Below, piece after piece: positions 1 to 9,933 of a DNA stretch of 64,000 bases; the stretch's first letter is position 1; each line of letters opens with the position of its first letter. Both the position numbers and the translations under genes were made by a program. Origin of the DNA: Chloroflexota bacterium (lineage in GTDB: Bacteria > Chloroflexota > Dehalococcoidia > JACVQG01 > JAHKAY01); contig JAHKAY010000007.1 in NCBI GenBank assembly GCA_018825785.1, positions 35,033-99,032 of the forward strand, in the 5' to 3' direction. The notes below the pieces were generated by a model, which made no database searches, was not told the origin of the DNA, and worked only from the letters and a program-made list of their open reading frames with translations.

Positions 1-30
1 GGTCCATGCCGCTAGACCATCCCCAAAAGC

Positions 31-1170
31 CTAGATGAAAAACACCGAGTAGTTCGTCAAACTCACGGATTCCCCATCCTTCTGAGCCCAAAAATAGACT
101 GTATAGACACCTTTCCCGCTCTTTGCCAGGATAGGACTCATGTCCACCTCAATGGAAAACGAACTTCCTGACGCATCCCAACGCTTCGCCTCTACCCACT
201 GCACCGTCCAGAATCTGGCTACGGTTGGGTATTCTGGCTCAGTCTCCAAGAGGGCAGGCGTGGGCGGCGGAGTGTCCGGGGGAACGTCGTATGGGTCTGC
301 GCCCTGGGTCTCCCAGGTATATGTTTCAGCGGAGGGAGGATAGTAGTTACCCGGCGGGGGTGGTGGCCTGACGAATGCCACAGGTTCTCCCAGGTCATAA
401 GTATCTGTTTTCCCTAGCTGTCCCAGGGTCAAGGGGTGAGGGGAAGGGTCATGCCATATTTGAAGGGCATTTCGTCCTATCGCAAAGCCCTGTAGCGTCT
501 CGCCCGACATTGACAGCACACCGCCTTCCAGTGTGGGGAGTTGGGTGAACCTTATGTAATCCCCTTCAAACTGCTGGACCAATGCCAGGGTATACTCGTT
601 ATACGCTATCCCCAGATTAACTTTCTTGTGCCACTTGTCCAGGATATTCGCCCTGTGGCCCGGACTCTCCATCAAACCAGTCTCCGCTTCGTCCAGCAAT
701 TCCCTCGGGCTGCTGGCCGCGTAGTTCACCCCTGTCACCAGTATGGCCGGCCCCGAGAGGTTTTCAGCTTCGTAGTTGAATCCACCCGCCAGGGTGTATC
801 TCATGTATGGCTTCATGCCGTCCATACCCCAGTGAGAAATGTAGCCCTTCGCCATCTCCTCTTCGGCATGGCTCTGAGCGGCAGGATTGCTCCCCAAAGT
901 CACAGGAGCCAGTCCGGCTTCCTGTCTATCTCTATTTATCAATCCAAATGCATACTGGTAAAGCTCCTGGAGAGTAGCAGTTAGAGCGGGTGTCGGGGTA
1001 AGAGCAGGAGTAAGGGTAGCTGTTGGGATAGGGGTAAGAGCAGGAGGGGGAGCAGGCGTTGGGGCAGACGCCGGAGCGGGCCTGCAGGCCGCCGCCAGAA
1101 GTGCGCCGGCGGTTGCCAGGATGAGCACCCAGCGCCGCAACCCTGACACCGCCTTGATAACCCTCATCAC
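31..1170 (-). CDS. Secreted CAP (SCP/PR-1-like) domain lipoprotein with Pro/Thr-rich linker
   Basis: N-terminal signal peptide with lipobox-like LAAAC, Pro/Thr/Ala-rich low-complexity linker, C-terminal region with CAP-family-like motifs (GYISHWGMDG...; ...GHRANIL). 379 aa ORF. Confidence 0.6.
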   Translation of the reverse strand: MMRVIKAVSGLRRWVLILATAGALLAAACRPAPASAPTPAPPPALTPIPTATLTPALTPTPALTATLQELYQYAFGLINRDRQEAGLAPVTLGSNPAAQSHAEEEMAKGYISHWGMDGMKPYMRYTLAGGFNYEAENLSGPAILVTGVNYAASSPRELLDEAETGLMESPGHRANILDKWHKKVNLGIAYNEYTLALVQQFEGDYIRFTQLPTLEGGVLSMSGETLQGFAIGRNALQIWHDPSPHPLTLGQLGKTDTYDLGEPVAFVRPPPPPGNYYPPSAETYTWETQGADPYDVPPDTPPPTPALLETEPEYPTVARFWTVQWVEAKRWDASGSSFSIEVDMSPILAKSGKGVYTVYFWAQKDGESVSLTNYSVFFI

Positions 1171-1177
1171 GGGTGGT

Positions 1178-1747
1178 TCAGGGCTGCTGGCCGAGGAAGT
1201 TCTTGAGCAGGTCGTGGCCCAGGGAGGTGAGGATGGACTCGGGATGGAACTGGACCCCCTCTACCGGGTATTCCCGGTGCCTCACCCCCATTATCTCCCC
1301 GCTATCGGTGCGGGCCGTGACCTCCAGGACCGGGGGCACGCTCTCCGGCTCAATGACCAGGGAATGGTAGCGGCCGGCCTCAAAGGGGTCGGGCAGGCCC
1401 CGGTAGATGGTCCTGCCGTCATGGTGGATGAGGGAGGTCTTGCCGTGCATGGGCTTCTTCGCCCGGACAATCCTCCCCCCGAAGACATGGCCAATGCTCT
1501 GGTGGCCGAGGCACACCCCCAGGATGGGTATCGTGCTGGCAAAATGGCCGATGATGTCATTGGACAGCCCGGCCTCCAGGGGGGTGCAGGGGCCGGGGGA
1601 GACGACGATATGGCTTGGGGAGAGGGCCTCTATCTCCTCCAGGCTGGTCTTATCGTTACGGCGGACCAGGGGCTCCCAGCCCAGCTCCCCCAGGTACTGC
1701 ACCAGGTTGTAGGTGAAGGAATCGTAGTTGTCTATGACCAGGACCAT
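1178..1747 (-). CDS. trpG: Anthranilate synthase component II / glutamine amidotransferase (TrpG/PabA)
   Basis: [23 protein letters not shown]... class-I GATase signature. The track ORF starts at an upstream TTG (1765); the ATG at 1747 matches the canonical PabA/TrpG N-terminus. Confidence 0.9.
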   Translation of the reverse strand: MVLVIDNYDSFTYNLVQYLGELGWEPLVRRNDKTSLEEIEALSPSHIVVSPGPCTPLEAGLSNDIIGHFASTIPILGVCLGHQSIGHVFGGRIVRAKKPMHGKTSLIHHDGRTIYRGLPDPFEAGRYHSLVIEPESVPPVLEVTARTDSGEIMGVRHREYPVEGVQFHPESILTSLGHDLLKNFLGQQP

Positions 1748-1791
1748 GTCGGGATTATAGCACAACTCTAGCTGAAGATAAGAACACTCCT
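1748..1791 (-). promoter_or_regulatory. Extended -10 (TGcTATAAT) promoter 6 nt upstream of trpG ATG (near-leaderless)
   Basis: Reverse complement of 1748-1765 reads gtTGcTATAATcccgacATG. The extended -10 sits directly upstream of the start codon. The herA stop is at 1792. Confidence 0.5.
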
Positions 1792-3363
1792 CTATTCCTC
1801 CCAGAGGTCTTTCCTGTCCTGCTCCACACCCTTGAGCTCCGGGGGCCTCTTATAGATAGAGGTGTAGTCCCGGACCCGGACCACGACAGGGACAGGCAGG
1901 GCATCTCCGAAGACGAGGGCCTGCTGGCGGGACTCCAGACGGGAGAGGACTTTCCTGAGCTCTGTTCTTTCCGAGACCCCCGCCAGGACGCTGTCAACGT
2001 CTTTCTCGTTGTCCAGGAGGCAGGTTATCTTGCTCCCCACCTGGCTCATCACCTCCTCGTCAATGCCGGAGGGGCGCTGGTCAATGACCAGGAGGGTGAC
2101 ATATGACTTGCGCCCCTCCCGGGCGATGGTGCCGAAGATGGTCTGGCGCGAGAGCTCAGGGCTGAGGAACCGATGGGCCTCCTCTATAGTGATGACCAGG
2201 GGACGGGGATGGGGGGCCCTCTCCCCCCGGGCCCTCTCTGCCCTCTGGACATACTGGTCATGGATGCGGCGGCTGAGGAGGTTGGCCACCAGCATATAAG
2301 GGACGATGTCCCAGTAGCGGCCGAACTCCAGCACCACCGTGAGCCCCTTCTCCAGGTAGCCCAGGATACGCTCCACGGCGCTCTCCGGGGAATGGGGCAG
2401 CAGAAAGGGCAGACGCTTTAGCTGTTCCAGGCGTCGGTGGAGGTGAAGAAGGGTAGCCTCGTGCTCCTTAAGGCTTTCTGCCAGGTCCTTCACCTGAGCG
2501 GGCGAGTAGCTGAGGAAGGACTCCAGCCAGCCTTTTCCCAGGTGGCGGGCCAGGCCATAGGGGGCCTGGGCGGCCAGGTCGGTGAGGTTCAGGGTCTCCC
2601 GGAGGAGGGCGATGTCCCCGGGCTCAATCTCATCGTAGCCGATAAGGACGTTGAAGTCGGTCTTCACCCCCCTCCTCCGCGCGCTTTCCTCGTCCAGGGT
2701 GAAGACTGCCACCCGCGAGGGGAAGAGCTGTTTGAGGCCCTTGACCACCCCCCCCTCCTCCCTCTCACCCTCCCACCCGTATTCGCTGTGCATATCAAAG
2801 ACCAGGCTGGAGGCCTGGCCCCGCTGGAGGATGCCCGCCAGGAGGAGCCGGGTGAGCATGGTCTTGCCGGTGCCGGTCTTGCCGAAGATGCCCCCCGAAC
2901 GCTGGACGAACCTGTCTAGGTCCAGGCAGACCTTCACCTCCAGGTCCAGGGGGCTCCCGATATAGAAGTGCCTGTCGTCCTCAGACCCGAAGACCAGCGC
3001 TATATCCTGCTCCGACGCCTCCCGCACCAGGGAGAAGGGGGCGGGGATAGTACGGGCAGGCGGGGGGGCCTCCAGCCCCACCACCCCCAAGGCGAGCTGG
3101 GGCAGGACCTTGATGGTGCCGAAGACCCCAGTGCCGGATAGGACCCGGGCAATATAGGGGTCCGAGACATCCAGCTCCAGGCCCCTTTCCAGTGCCCCCA
3201 GTTCCACATCGGTGATGAGGCCGAAGAAGCGGCTTTTCTCCCCCTCAATGGTCACATACCTTCCGACCCCCACCGCCTCCACCGATACCCCCTCCTCCAG
3301 GCGGACCCTCAGCCCCTGGACGAGACTGCCTCCCACCACCCTCCCCAGCACTTTCCCGCTCAA
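1792..3363 (-). CDS. herA: HerA-like (DUF87/FtsK-HerA superfamily) ATPase
   Basis: Walker [10 protein letters not shown], Walker B-like [12 protein letters not shown]-terminal HAS-barrel-like region ([16 protein letters not shown]...), 523 aa as typical for HerA. Start overlaps the upstream gene stop (3360-3363), suggesting translational coupling. Confidence 0.75.
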   Translation of the reverse strand: MSGKVLGRVVGGSLVQGLRVRLEEGVSVEAVGVGRYVTIEGEKSRFFGLITDVELGALERGLELDVSDPYIARVLSGTGVFGTIKVLPQLALGVVGLEAPPPARTIPAPFSLVREASEQDIALVFGSEDDRHFYIGSPLDLEVKVCLDLDRFVQRSGGIFGKTGTGKTMLTRLLLAGILQRGQASSLVFDMHSEYGWEGEREEGGVVKGLKQLFPSRVAVFTLDEESARRRGVKTDFNVLIGYDEIEPGDIALLRETLNLTDLAAQAPYGLARHLGKGWLESFLSYSPAQVKDLAESLKEHEATLLHLHRRLEQLKRLPFLLPHSPESAVERILGYLEKGLTVVLEFGRYWDIVPYMLVANLLSRRIHDQYVQRAERARGERAPHPRPLVITIEEAHRFLSPELSRQTIFGTIAREGRKSYVTLLVIDQRPSGIDEEVMSQVGSKITCLLDNEKDVDSVLAGVSERTELRKVLSRLESRQQALVFGDALPVPVVVRVRDYTSIYKRPPELKGVEQDRKDLWEE

Positions 3364-3944
3364 GACAGCCTCCGCAGCAATGACTGAAGCCGGGGCGCAT
3401 CCCCCCGGAGGAGGAGGGTAAGCTCCTTCCCCGCCCGGAGCAGGAACTCCTCCCGGTCCTCCCGGGACCCGGCCAGATGGAGGAGAAAGGCAGGGATGAG
3501 CTCCTCGCGGGAAGGGAGGGGTGCCGTTGCCAGGGGCCCCAGAAAGTGAAGGGAAGACCCGAACTCGCCTATCTCGTCAGTCTTTGCCAGGTAGACAAAG
3601 CTGTGGAGCTTAGGGGGGCGGGGGGAAAGGGCCTGGACCAGCTTGCCCTCCACCCGGTGGCCCACTATCCAGGCCCTGAACTCCGTCCTTAGAAGGCGGG
3701 AAAGCTGGGGGTGGGAGCGATAGACCCCCTCCTCTTCCGTCTCCTCCCGGCCCCGGGCCACGGGACGCCTCCCTGGCTCCAGGGGGCCGGTCTCGGCGTG
3801 ATAGACCACGGCGAAGATATCCGTCTCCCCCTCCCTGGTCCTCACCAGGGAAGCGAAGGGAGGGGGCTGATGGAGCTCATAGCACTGGGCCGCGAACTCC
3901 TGCGTGGAGACCTGGACCACCTCGCCGATTCTGGTCGCTTGCAT
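3360..3944 (-). CDS. Hypothetical protein (194 aa), translationally coupled to herA; possible HAS-barrel-like N-terminus
   Basis: ORF MQATRIGEVVQVSTQEF... tightly packed between the dsrE-like gene (stop 3946) and herA (4-nt overlap). I recognise no family. Confidence 0.5.
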   Translation of the reverse strand: MQATRIGEVVQVSTQEFAAQCYELHQPPPFASLVRTREGETDIFAVVYHAETGPLEPGRRPVARGREETEEEGVYRSHPQLSRLLRTEFRAWIVGHRVEGKLVQALSPRPPKLHSFVYLAKTDEIGEFGSSLHFLGPLATAPLPSREELIPAFLLHLAGSREDREEFLLRAGKELTLLLRGDAPRLQSLLRRLS

Positions 3945-3945
3945 T

Positions 3946-4422
3946 CTAGATGAAAAGGGTCACCTGGGCTTTGGAGGCATATTCCAGAAAAGCGGCGGCC
4001 CCGGCACACTCCGTCCCCTCCACCAAGTCCTCGTCTTTAATGCTCATCATCCCCATGGTGGTGGAGCAGGCGAAGAGCCGGACCCCCCACTTGCGGCAGA
4101 GGTCCAGCAGCTCGGGGACGGTGGGCATGTTCTGTTTCTTCATCATCCGCCTCATCATCCAGGTAGCCACGGCCGTCATCCCGGGGATGACCCCCAGGAT
4201 GTTGGGCACGGGCAGCGGGGCGGCGGGATTGGCAAGGGAGGCTACCTTCAGCCGGTGCACCTTCCTCTTGTTCACGATGTCAAAACCATAGAAGGTAAAG
4301 AAGATGCCCACCTCCCAGCCCATGGACGCAGCGGTGCTGGCTATGATGAGCAGGGCATAAGCCATGTCCAGGGTCCCCTTGGAGGCGACAAGGGCCACCC
4401 GCTTGCGCTCTTTCTCCGCCAT
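3946..4422 (-). CDS. DsrE/DsrF-like family sulfur-relay protein
   Basis: 158 aa. RVALVASKGTLDMAYALLIIAS...GVIPGMTAVATWMM...LFACSTTMGMM resembles DsrE/DsrF-like (YchN-fold) proteins that pair with TusA. It directly abuts the tusA-like gene. Confidence 0.65.
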   Translation of the reverse strand: MAEKERKRVALVASKGTLDMAYALLIIASTAASMGWEVGIFFTFYGFDIVNKRKVHRLKVASLANPAAPLPVPNILGVIPGMTAVATWMMRRMMKKQNMPTVPELLDLCRKWGVRLFACSTTMGMMSIKDEDLVEGTECAGAAAFLEYASKAQVTLFI

Positions 4423-4680
4423 CTAGACCTCCCGGGCTTTCTGAATAAAAAAGGTGTAGAGGCCCTTCCCTTCTTCCTCGGCCCGGAGGAGCTTGTTCCC
4501 TGTCTCATTGCACCAGGCCGGGAAGTCCATCCTGGAGCCGGGGTCCGTGGCCAGGACTTTAGCCACCTGGCCAGGTTTCATCTCTTCAAGGGCCAGCTTG
4601 GCCTTGACCACCGGCATAGGGCAGAGAAGGCCCCTGGTATCGACTACTCTATCGGCCTTTATGGTCTCCATCATTTTCAC
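4423..4680 (-). CDS. tusA: TusA-like sulfurtransferase (SirA/YedF/YeeD family)
   Basis: 85 aa. DTRGLLCPMPVVKAKLALEEM is the canonical CPxP TusA motif. Confidence 0.8.
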   Translation of the reverse strand: MKMMETIKADRVVDTRGLLCPMPVVKAKLALEEMKPGQVAKVLATDPGSRMDFPAWCNETGNKLLRAEEEGKGLYTFFIQKAREV

Positions 4681-4686
4681 CTCTTC

Positions 4687-5880
4687 CTACACCCACCGGG
4701 TGCGTTTGCTCTGGTTTTTCTGGGAGGCGGCGGAGGGGAGGTAGCCCACCACCTCTCCCACCAGGGACCAGAAGGCCTCCCGGTCCTGGGCGCTGACCAC
4801 CGCCTGCTCATGGGCCTCGACCAGGGCCACCGGGTAGCCCCCTCCCCTTCTCACCTGGTCAAAGACCAAGGCATGGGCCAGGTCCACCAGCTCTTTCCTC
4901 TGGACCACCCAGGAGGGGACCTCCACCCTGGCCATCTCCTCCTCCCCCTTCAGATAGAAGAAGAAGACCTGGTGGCGGCCGTAGTGCTCCTCCACGACGG
5001 AGGAGCGGGTGAGGAAGAGGGGGGAGCGCTCACCCGCTTTCAGGAGGGGGGCAAAGAGGGCCCTGTCCTCCACCCCGGCTACCCCATTACACTCCCTGTC
5101 CTTCTTTCCCCGGCAGTGGCGGTCGCAGTCGGGGGGCTCATAGGGGCAGAGGGCCACCCTAAGGGCATTCACCACATCGGTGGAGCGGGGGAGGCTGATG
5201 TAGCTGGCCAGGGCCAGGGGGCCTTTCCGGGCCATGGCCTCCATCCCGTCCAGAATTGGGACCAGGCCCCTCTCCAGGAAGGCCTGGCGGACAAACTCGG
5301 GGCAGGCCTGCCCCGCCAGGCCCCACAGCACCAGGGAGCCGTCCAGGAGGGCCAGGACGGGAAAAGGCCCCTCCTCATTCAGGGCCTCCGCCAGGAAGGC
5401 CACCTCCTCCAGCCACCTCCTGGCCGCCAGGAGGGCCCCTTCCACAGGCTCGGCCCTCAGGCCCGAGGGGTCGGGCATAACCAGGTCCTCCTCCCGGGAG
5501 AAAAGCCTGGCCCTCCGGACAAGCCCGGCGGAGGGTTCCCGGCCGTAGTGCAGGCGGGCCAAGCCCCCGTTGATGAGGTAGCAGCGCACCGGCATATGCC
5601 GGTCAAGGGCAATTTGGGAGCCGTCCACCCCCAGGACGCTGAACTGGGAAGGAAGGGGCGGGAGGGGGTGGGACTCCCCCAGCCCCTCCACCAGCCCGGC
5701 CACCAGCCAGGTGGTCCGGGCGGACTGGCATTTCTCCCCCAGCCCCTGCCAGGCCCCCTGGTGGTGCTGGAGGGTCTCCAGGGCCAGAGCCAGACGGACT
5801 TCGGCCTCCTTCCAGCCATCCTTGAGCCGGGAGGCCATTTCCTCTATTTGGGGAACCACCTGGCCCAGGTCCAGGCCCAT
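4687..5880 (-). CDS. nurA: NurA-like 5'-3' nuclease domain protein
   Basis: 397 aa. VLGVDGSQIALDRHMPVRCYLINGG matches the conserved NurA DGS start motif. Same operon as the HerA-like ATPase. Start ATG at 5880. Confidence 0.65.
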   Translation of the reverse strand: MGLDLGQVVPQIEEMASRLKDGWKEAEVRLALALETLQHHQGAWQGLGEKCQSARTTWLVAGLVEGLGESHPLPPLPSQFSVLGVDGSQIALDRHMPVRCYLINGGLARLHYGREPSAGLVRRARLFSREEDLVMPDPSGLRAEPVEGALLAARRWLEEVAFLAEALNEEGPFPVLALLDGSLVLWGLAGQACPEFVRQAFLERGLVPILDGMEAMARKGPLALASYISLPRSTDVVNALRVALCPYEPPDCDRHCRGKKDRECNGVAGVEDRALFAPLLKAGERSPLFLTRSSVVEEHYGRHQVFFFYLKGEEEMARVEVPSWVVQRKELVDLAHALVFDQVRRGGGYPVALVEAHEQAVVSAQDREAFWSLVGEVVGYLPSAASQKNQSKRTRWV

Positions 5881-5919
5881 GTTCAGATTATATCATGGCC
5901 CCTTCCGCAGGGGCAGAGT
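5881..5919 (-). promoter_or_regulatory. Extended -10 promoter (TGaTATAAT) directly upstream of nurA ATG plus small GC hairpin after trpB2 stop
   Basis: Reverse complement reads ...gccccugcggaaggggccaTGaTATAATctgaacATG. The hairpin follows the trpB2 stop and the extended -10 ends 6 nt before the nurA ATG, consistent with a leaderless or near-leaderless transcript. Confidence 0.5.
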
Positions 5920-7275
5920 TCATCCAGGCACCTGCGGCAGGTGGGCCAGGGCCTCTTCCACCTTCTCCTTGGGATAGGCAAAGTCTGCGAGCTTCCCGGT
6001 GAGGTATTCGTCGTAGGCCTGGAGGTCAAAGTGGCCGTGGCCTGAGTGGGCCAGGAGGATGACCTTCTTCTCCCCCGTCTGCTTGCACTTCAGGGCCTCA
6101 TCTATGACCACCCGGATGGCGTGGGCAGGCTCCGGTCCGGAGAGGATGCCCTCGGTCCGGGCGAAGGTCACCGCGGCCTCAAACACCGGGTTCTGGTGCA
6201 CCGCCACGGCCTCCACCAGTTTCCGGTCGTAGAGGTAGCATATGATGGGGGCCATGCCGTGATACCTCAGGCCTCCCGCGTGGATGCGGGGCGGCATGAA
6301 GGTATGGCCCAGGGTGTACATCTTCACTATGGGGGCCAGGCCAGCAGTATCACCGTAGTCAAAGCGGTAAAGTCCGCGGGTGAGGCTGGGGCAGGCCTCA
6401 GGCTCCGCGCAGATTATCCGCGGGTTCCGCTTCCCCTGGAGCTTTTCCCTGACAAAGGGCAGGAACATCCCGGCGAAGTTACTCCCCCCGCCCACGCAGC
6501 CCACAATGATGTCGGGATACTCCCCCGCCTTCTCCATCTGGAGCATGGCCTCCTGCCCGATGATGGTCTGGTGGAGGAGGACATGGTTCACCACTGAGCC
6601 AATTGAGTACTTGGTGTCGTCGTGGGTGGCGGCGTCCTCTACCGCCTCGCTGATGGCGATACCCAGGCTCCCCGGGTTGTCCGGTTCCTGGGCCAGGATA
6701 GACCTTCCGGTGTTGGTATCCTGGCTGGGGCTGGGGACCACCTGGGCACCCCATGTCTCCATCAGGATGCGGCGGTAGGGTTTCTGGTGATAGCTCACCC
6801 TGACCATATAGACCTTGAGCTTCAGGCCCATAAACTGGCAGCCCATGGCCAGGGCACTGCCCCACTGTCCCGCTCCTGTCTCGGTGGCCAGGCGCTTAAC
6901 GCCTTCAACCTTGTTGTAGTAGGCCTGGGCCACGGCGGTATTGAGCTTGTGGCTCCCCGCCGGGCTCACCCCCTCATACTTGTAGTAGATGTGGGCCGGG
7001 GTGCCCAGGGCCTTCTCCAGCCTGCGGGCCCGGATGAGGGGGGTGGGCCGCCATAGCTTGTAGACCCCCAGGACCTCATCGGGGATCTCAATGAGGCGCT
7101 CCTTGCTGAACTCCTGCTCGTCACAGGCTGCAGCAAAGAGGGGCGGGGGAAGCCTGGTGGGCTCCTTGGTCCCGGGGTGGAGCATGGGTGGCATGGGGGT
7201 GGGCAGGTCGGGGAGAACATTGTACCAGTGGCTGGGCATCTCCTTCTCAGTGAGGATAATCTTGGTTGCCTCCAT
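5920..7275 (-). CDS. trpB2: Tryptophan synthase beta chain, TrpB2-type (long form)
   Basis: 451 aa with the characteristic TrpB2 N-terminus (…[13 protein letters not shown]…) and the PLP lysine region ([11 protein letters not shown]). Confidence 0.85.
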   Translation of the reverse strand: MEATKIILTEKEMPSHWYNVLPDLPTPMPPMLHPGTKEPTRLPPPLFAAACDEQEFSKERLIEIPDEVLGVYKLWRPTPLIRARRLEKALGTPAHIYYKYEGVSPAGSHKLNTAVAQAYYNKVEGVKRLATETGAGQWGSALAMGCQFMGLKLKVYMVRVSYHQKPYRRILMETWGAQVVPSPSQDTNTGRSILAQEPDNPGSLGIAISEAVEDAATHDDTKYSIGSVVNHVLLHQTIIGQEAMLQMEKAGEYPDIIVGCVGGGSNFAGMFLPFVREKLQGKRNPRIICAEPEACPSLTRGLYRFDYGDTAGLAPIVKMYTLGHTFMPPRIHAGGLRYHGMAPIICYLYDRKLVEAVAVHQNPVFEAAVTFARTEGILSGPEPAHAIRVVIDEALKCKQTGEKKVILLAHSGHGHFDLQAYDEYLTGKLADFAYPKEKVEEALAHLPQVPG

Positions 7276-7293
7276 GTTACCTCCTTTTCTTAC

Positions 7294-8070
7294 CTATATT
7301 GCTGAGTCCAGTGCCTCTCTCAGGCCCCGGACGAATTCCCCCAGCTTTCCCAGGCCCGGGTCATCTTTGATAAGCTGGACTATCCGGCTGCCAACGATGA
7401 CCCCGTCGGCCACACGGGCCACTCTCTTTGCCTGCTCCGGGCCGGCGATGCCGAATCCAACGGCCAGGGGGAGCGAGGTTTCCCTTCTCACCCGTTTCAC
7501 AAAGGCTTCCAGCCCTTTGGGCAGGGCCTCCCGGGGGCCGGTGACCCCAGTGAGGGAGACCAGATAGATGAAGCCCCGGGACCTCCCCGCAACCAGCTTT
7601 ATCCGGCTTTCCCCCGAGTTGGGGGCCAGGAGATAGACCAGGTCCAGGCCGTTTTTCTCACAGGCCCTCCCCAGGTCCACTCCCTCCTCGGGGGGGAGGT
7701 CGGGGACAATCAACCCATCCACTCCACTTTCGGCACAGGCCCGGCAGAAAGCAGAGAGGCCGAAGTGAAAGACGGGATTGTAGTAGGTCATGAAGACAAG
7801 GGGCAGGGCTACTTTCCTACTGAGCCGTGAAGCTATCTCCAGGGCCAGCCTCGGGTTCATCCCCCGGGAGAGGGCCTGAAGGCTCGCCTCCTGGATGGTA
7901 ACGCCATCGGCAAGGGGGTCGGAGAAAGGGATGCCCAGCTCCACCATGTCCGCCCCCCACTCCTCCAGACGCGGTACCACCTCCAGCGCTGTCTCCGGGG
8001 AGGGATAGCCCAGGGTGATGTAGGGGATGAGGGCCTTGCGGGAGGCAAAGGCCCTTTCAATACGGCTCAT
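7294..8070 (-). CDS. trpA: Tryptophan synthase alpha chain
   Basis: 258 aa. ALIPYITLGYPS...GADMVELGIPFSDPLADG is typical of TrpA. Confidence 0.9.
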   Translation of the reverse strand: MSRIERAFASRKALIPYITLGYPSPETALEVVPRLEEWGADMVELGIPFSDPLADGVTIQEASLQALSRGMNPRLALEIASRLSRKVALPLVFMTYYNPVFHFGLSAFCRACAESGVDGLIVPDLPPEEGVDLGRACEKNGLDLVYLLAPNSGESRIKLVAGRSRGFIYLVSLTGVTGPREALPKGLEAFVKRVRRETSLPLAVGFGIAGPEQAKRVARVADGVIVGSRIVQLIKDDPGLGKLGEFVRGLREALDSAI

Positions 8071-8120
8071 GGTGTCCTGCCGTCGGATACCTCACCCCCT
8101 GGCCCCCTCTCCACAGCCTG

Positions 8121-9323
8121 CTACTCTTGCCCCGACGGCATGCCGCCCAGGGCCTCGGCCACGATGTGGATGTCCTTGTCCCCCCGGCCCGAGAGGCAGA
8201 CAAGGATGAGCCTGTCCGGGGAGAGCCTTTTGGCTATCCGGCAGGCATGGAAGAGGGCGTGGGCGGGCTCCAGGGCGGGGAGGATGCCCTCGGTCCGGCA
8301 GAGGAGCTGGAAGGCATCCAGCGCCTGGGCATCGCCCACGGCCACATACTTCACCCTGCCAGTGTCCTTGAGATAGCTGTGCTCAGGCCCCACCCCCGGG
8401 TAGTCCAGGCCAGGGGCGATGGAATGGGTGGATGAGACCTGGCCGTATTCATCCTGGAGTAGATAGGAGCGCGCTCCGTGGAGGGTCCCCACCTCCCCCT
8501 TGACCAGGGAGGCGGCGTGCCCCCCGCTCCTCAGGCCCTTCCCCGCCGCCTCCACCCCGATGAGGTTCACATCGTTGTCCTCAAGAAAGGGATAGAAGAT
8601 GCCGATGGAGTTGGAGCCACCCCCCACACAGGCCACGATGTAGTCCGGCAGGCGGCCGTATTCTTTCTGCACCTGCTCGCGGCTCTCGCGGCCGATGACG
8701 CTCTGGAAGTCCCGGACCATCGTGGGGTAGGGGTGGGGCCCCACCACCGAGCCCAGGAGATAGTAGGCCTCCTGGACATGGGTCACCCAGTAGCGGATGG
8801 CCTCGTTGATGGCATCCTTGAGGGTCTTTGTGCCCGAGGCCACAGGTCGCACCTCCGCCCCAAGGAGCCTCATTCGGAAGACGTTGGCCGACTGGCGTTC
8901 TATGTCGTCCTCGCCCATGAAGACGAGGCACTTCAGGCCCATCTGGGCGCAGACGGCGGCGGTGGCCACCCCGTGCTGGCCGGCCCCTGTCTCGGCCACC
9001 ACCAGTCTCTTGCCCAGCCGCCGGGCCAGGAGCGCCTGGCCCAGGGCGTTGTTTATCTTATGGGCGCCGGTATGGCAGAGGTCCTCCCGCTTGAGGAGGA
9101 TTCTGCCCCCTCCCAGCCTTTCGGTGAGGGAGCGGGCAAAATAGAGGGGCGTGGGCCGGCCTGCATAGTCCCGGAGCAGGCCCTCCAGCTCCTGCCAGAA
9201 GGCGGGTTCCCTACGGGCCCGCGAGTACTCCCGCTCCAGCTCCTGGAGTGCGGGGATAAGCGTTTCGGGGACATAGCGGCCCCCATAGGGGCCAAAATAG
9301 CCCCTCCGGTCAGGTAAGGACAC
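8121..9323 (-). CDS. trpB: Tryptophan synthase beta chain (TrpB1)
   Basis: 400 aa. [12 protein letters not shown]...[29 protein letters not shown]...[11 protein letters not shown]. Confidence 0.95.
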   Translation of the reverse strand: MSLPDRRGYFGPYGGRYVPETLIPALQELEREYSRARREPAFWQELEGLLRDYAGRPTPLYFARSLTERLGGGRILLKREDLCHTGAHKINNALGQALLARRLGKRLVVAETGAGQHGVATAAVCAQMGLKCLVFMGEDDIERQSANVFRMRLLGAEVRPVASGTKTLKDAINEAIRYWVTHVQEAYYLLGSVVGPHPYPTMVRDFQSVIGRESREQVQKEYGRLPDYIVACVGGGSNSIGIFYPFLEDNDVNLIGVEAAGKGLRSGGHAASLVKGEVGTLHGARSYLLQDEYGQVSSTHSIAPGLDYPGVGPEHSYLKDTGRVKYVAVGDAQALDAFQLLCRTEGILPALEPAHALFHACRIAKRLSPDRLILVCLSGRGDKDIHIVAEALGGMPSGQE

Positions 9324-9933
9324 CCTCAGCCTCCATTACTGCCTTGAAGAAGGCTTTGAGCTTCTCCGGGTCCTTCTTCCCGGGCCGGGCCTCCACCCCG
9401 CTGGAGACATCCACCCCGTAGGGCCTGACCAGCTCTATGGCCCGGCGTACATTCTCAGGGTTGAGGCCCCCGGACAGGATGATAGGCCCGTACTTCCTGG
9501 CCTGGAGGGCTATTTCCCAGTCAAAAGTCCGGCCCGAGCCCCCCGCCACACCCGGGACATAGCTGTCCAGCAGGTAGGCCGCCAGCTGGTAGCGGGGGAG
9601 CTGAGAAAGGACCCCGTCATCCCGCACCCGGAAGGCCTTGACGACACGCGGAGAAAGCTCCTGACAGTATTCCGGGCTTTCCTCGCCGTGGAGCTGGGCC
9701 AGGTCCAGGTGACACCCTGCCATCACCTCTCTTACCCGGGCCAGGGGGGCATCCACAAAGACCCCCACCTTGGTCACCAGGGGGGGAAGGCGGGAGATGA
9801 TGCGGGATGCCGTTTCCGGGTCTATCTGCCGGGGGCTGGAGGCGAAGACAAAGCCCAGGGCATACGCCCCGGCCTCCAGGGCCACAAGGGCGTCCTCCAG
9901 GCTGGTGATGCCGCAGATCTTAACCCTGACCAC
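9310..9933 (-). CDS. trpF: Phosphoribosylanthranilate isomerase
   Basis: 207 aa. [30 protein letters not shown] is the TrpF N-terminus. Confidence 0.9.
   Translation of the reverse strand: MVRVKICGITSLEDALVALEAGAYALGFVFASSPRQIDPETASRIISRLPPLVTKVGVFVDAPLARVREVMAGCHLDLAQLHGEESPEYCQELSPRVVKAFRVRDDGVLSQLPRYQLAAYLLDSYVPGVAGGSGRTFDWEIALQARKYGPIILSGGLNPENVRRAIELVRPYGVDVSSGVEARPGKKDPEKLKAFFKAVMEAEGVLT

Noticed and set aside
3904-6045. 713-aa plus-strand ORF
   Set aside because: It is antisense to nurA, tusA and trpB2. The Gly/Pro/His-rich low-complexity translation is typical of spurious frames in high-GC DNA. The same applies to 40558-42699(-), 14649-16082(+), 44143-45345(-), 32859-34334(+), 28503-29783(+), 48965-50332(-), 62400-63368(-), 54231-54983(+), 54983-55675(+) and most other ORFs in the track that lie opposite recognisable genes.
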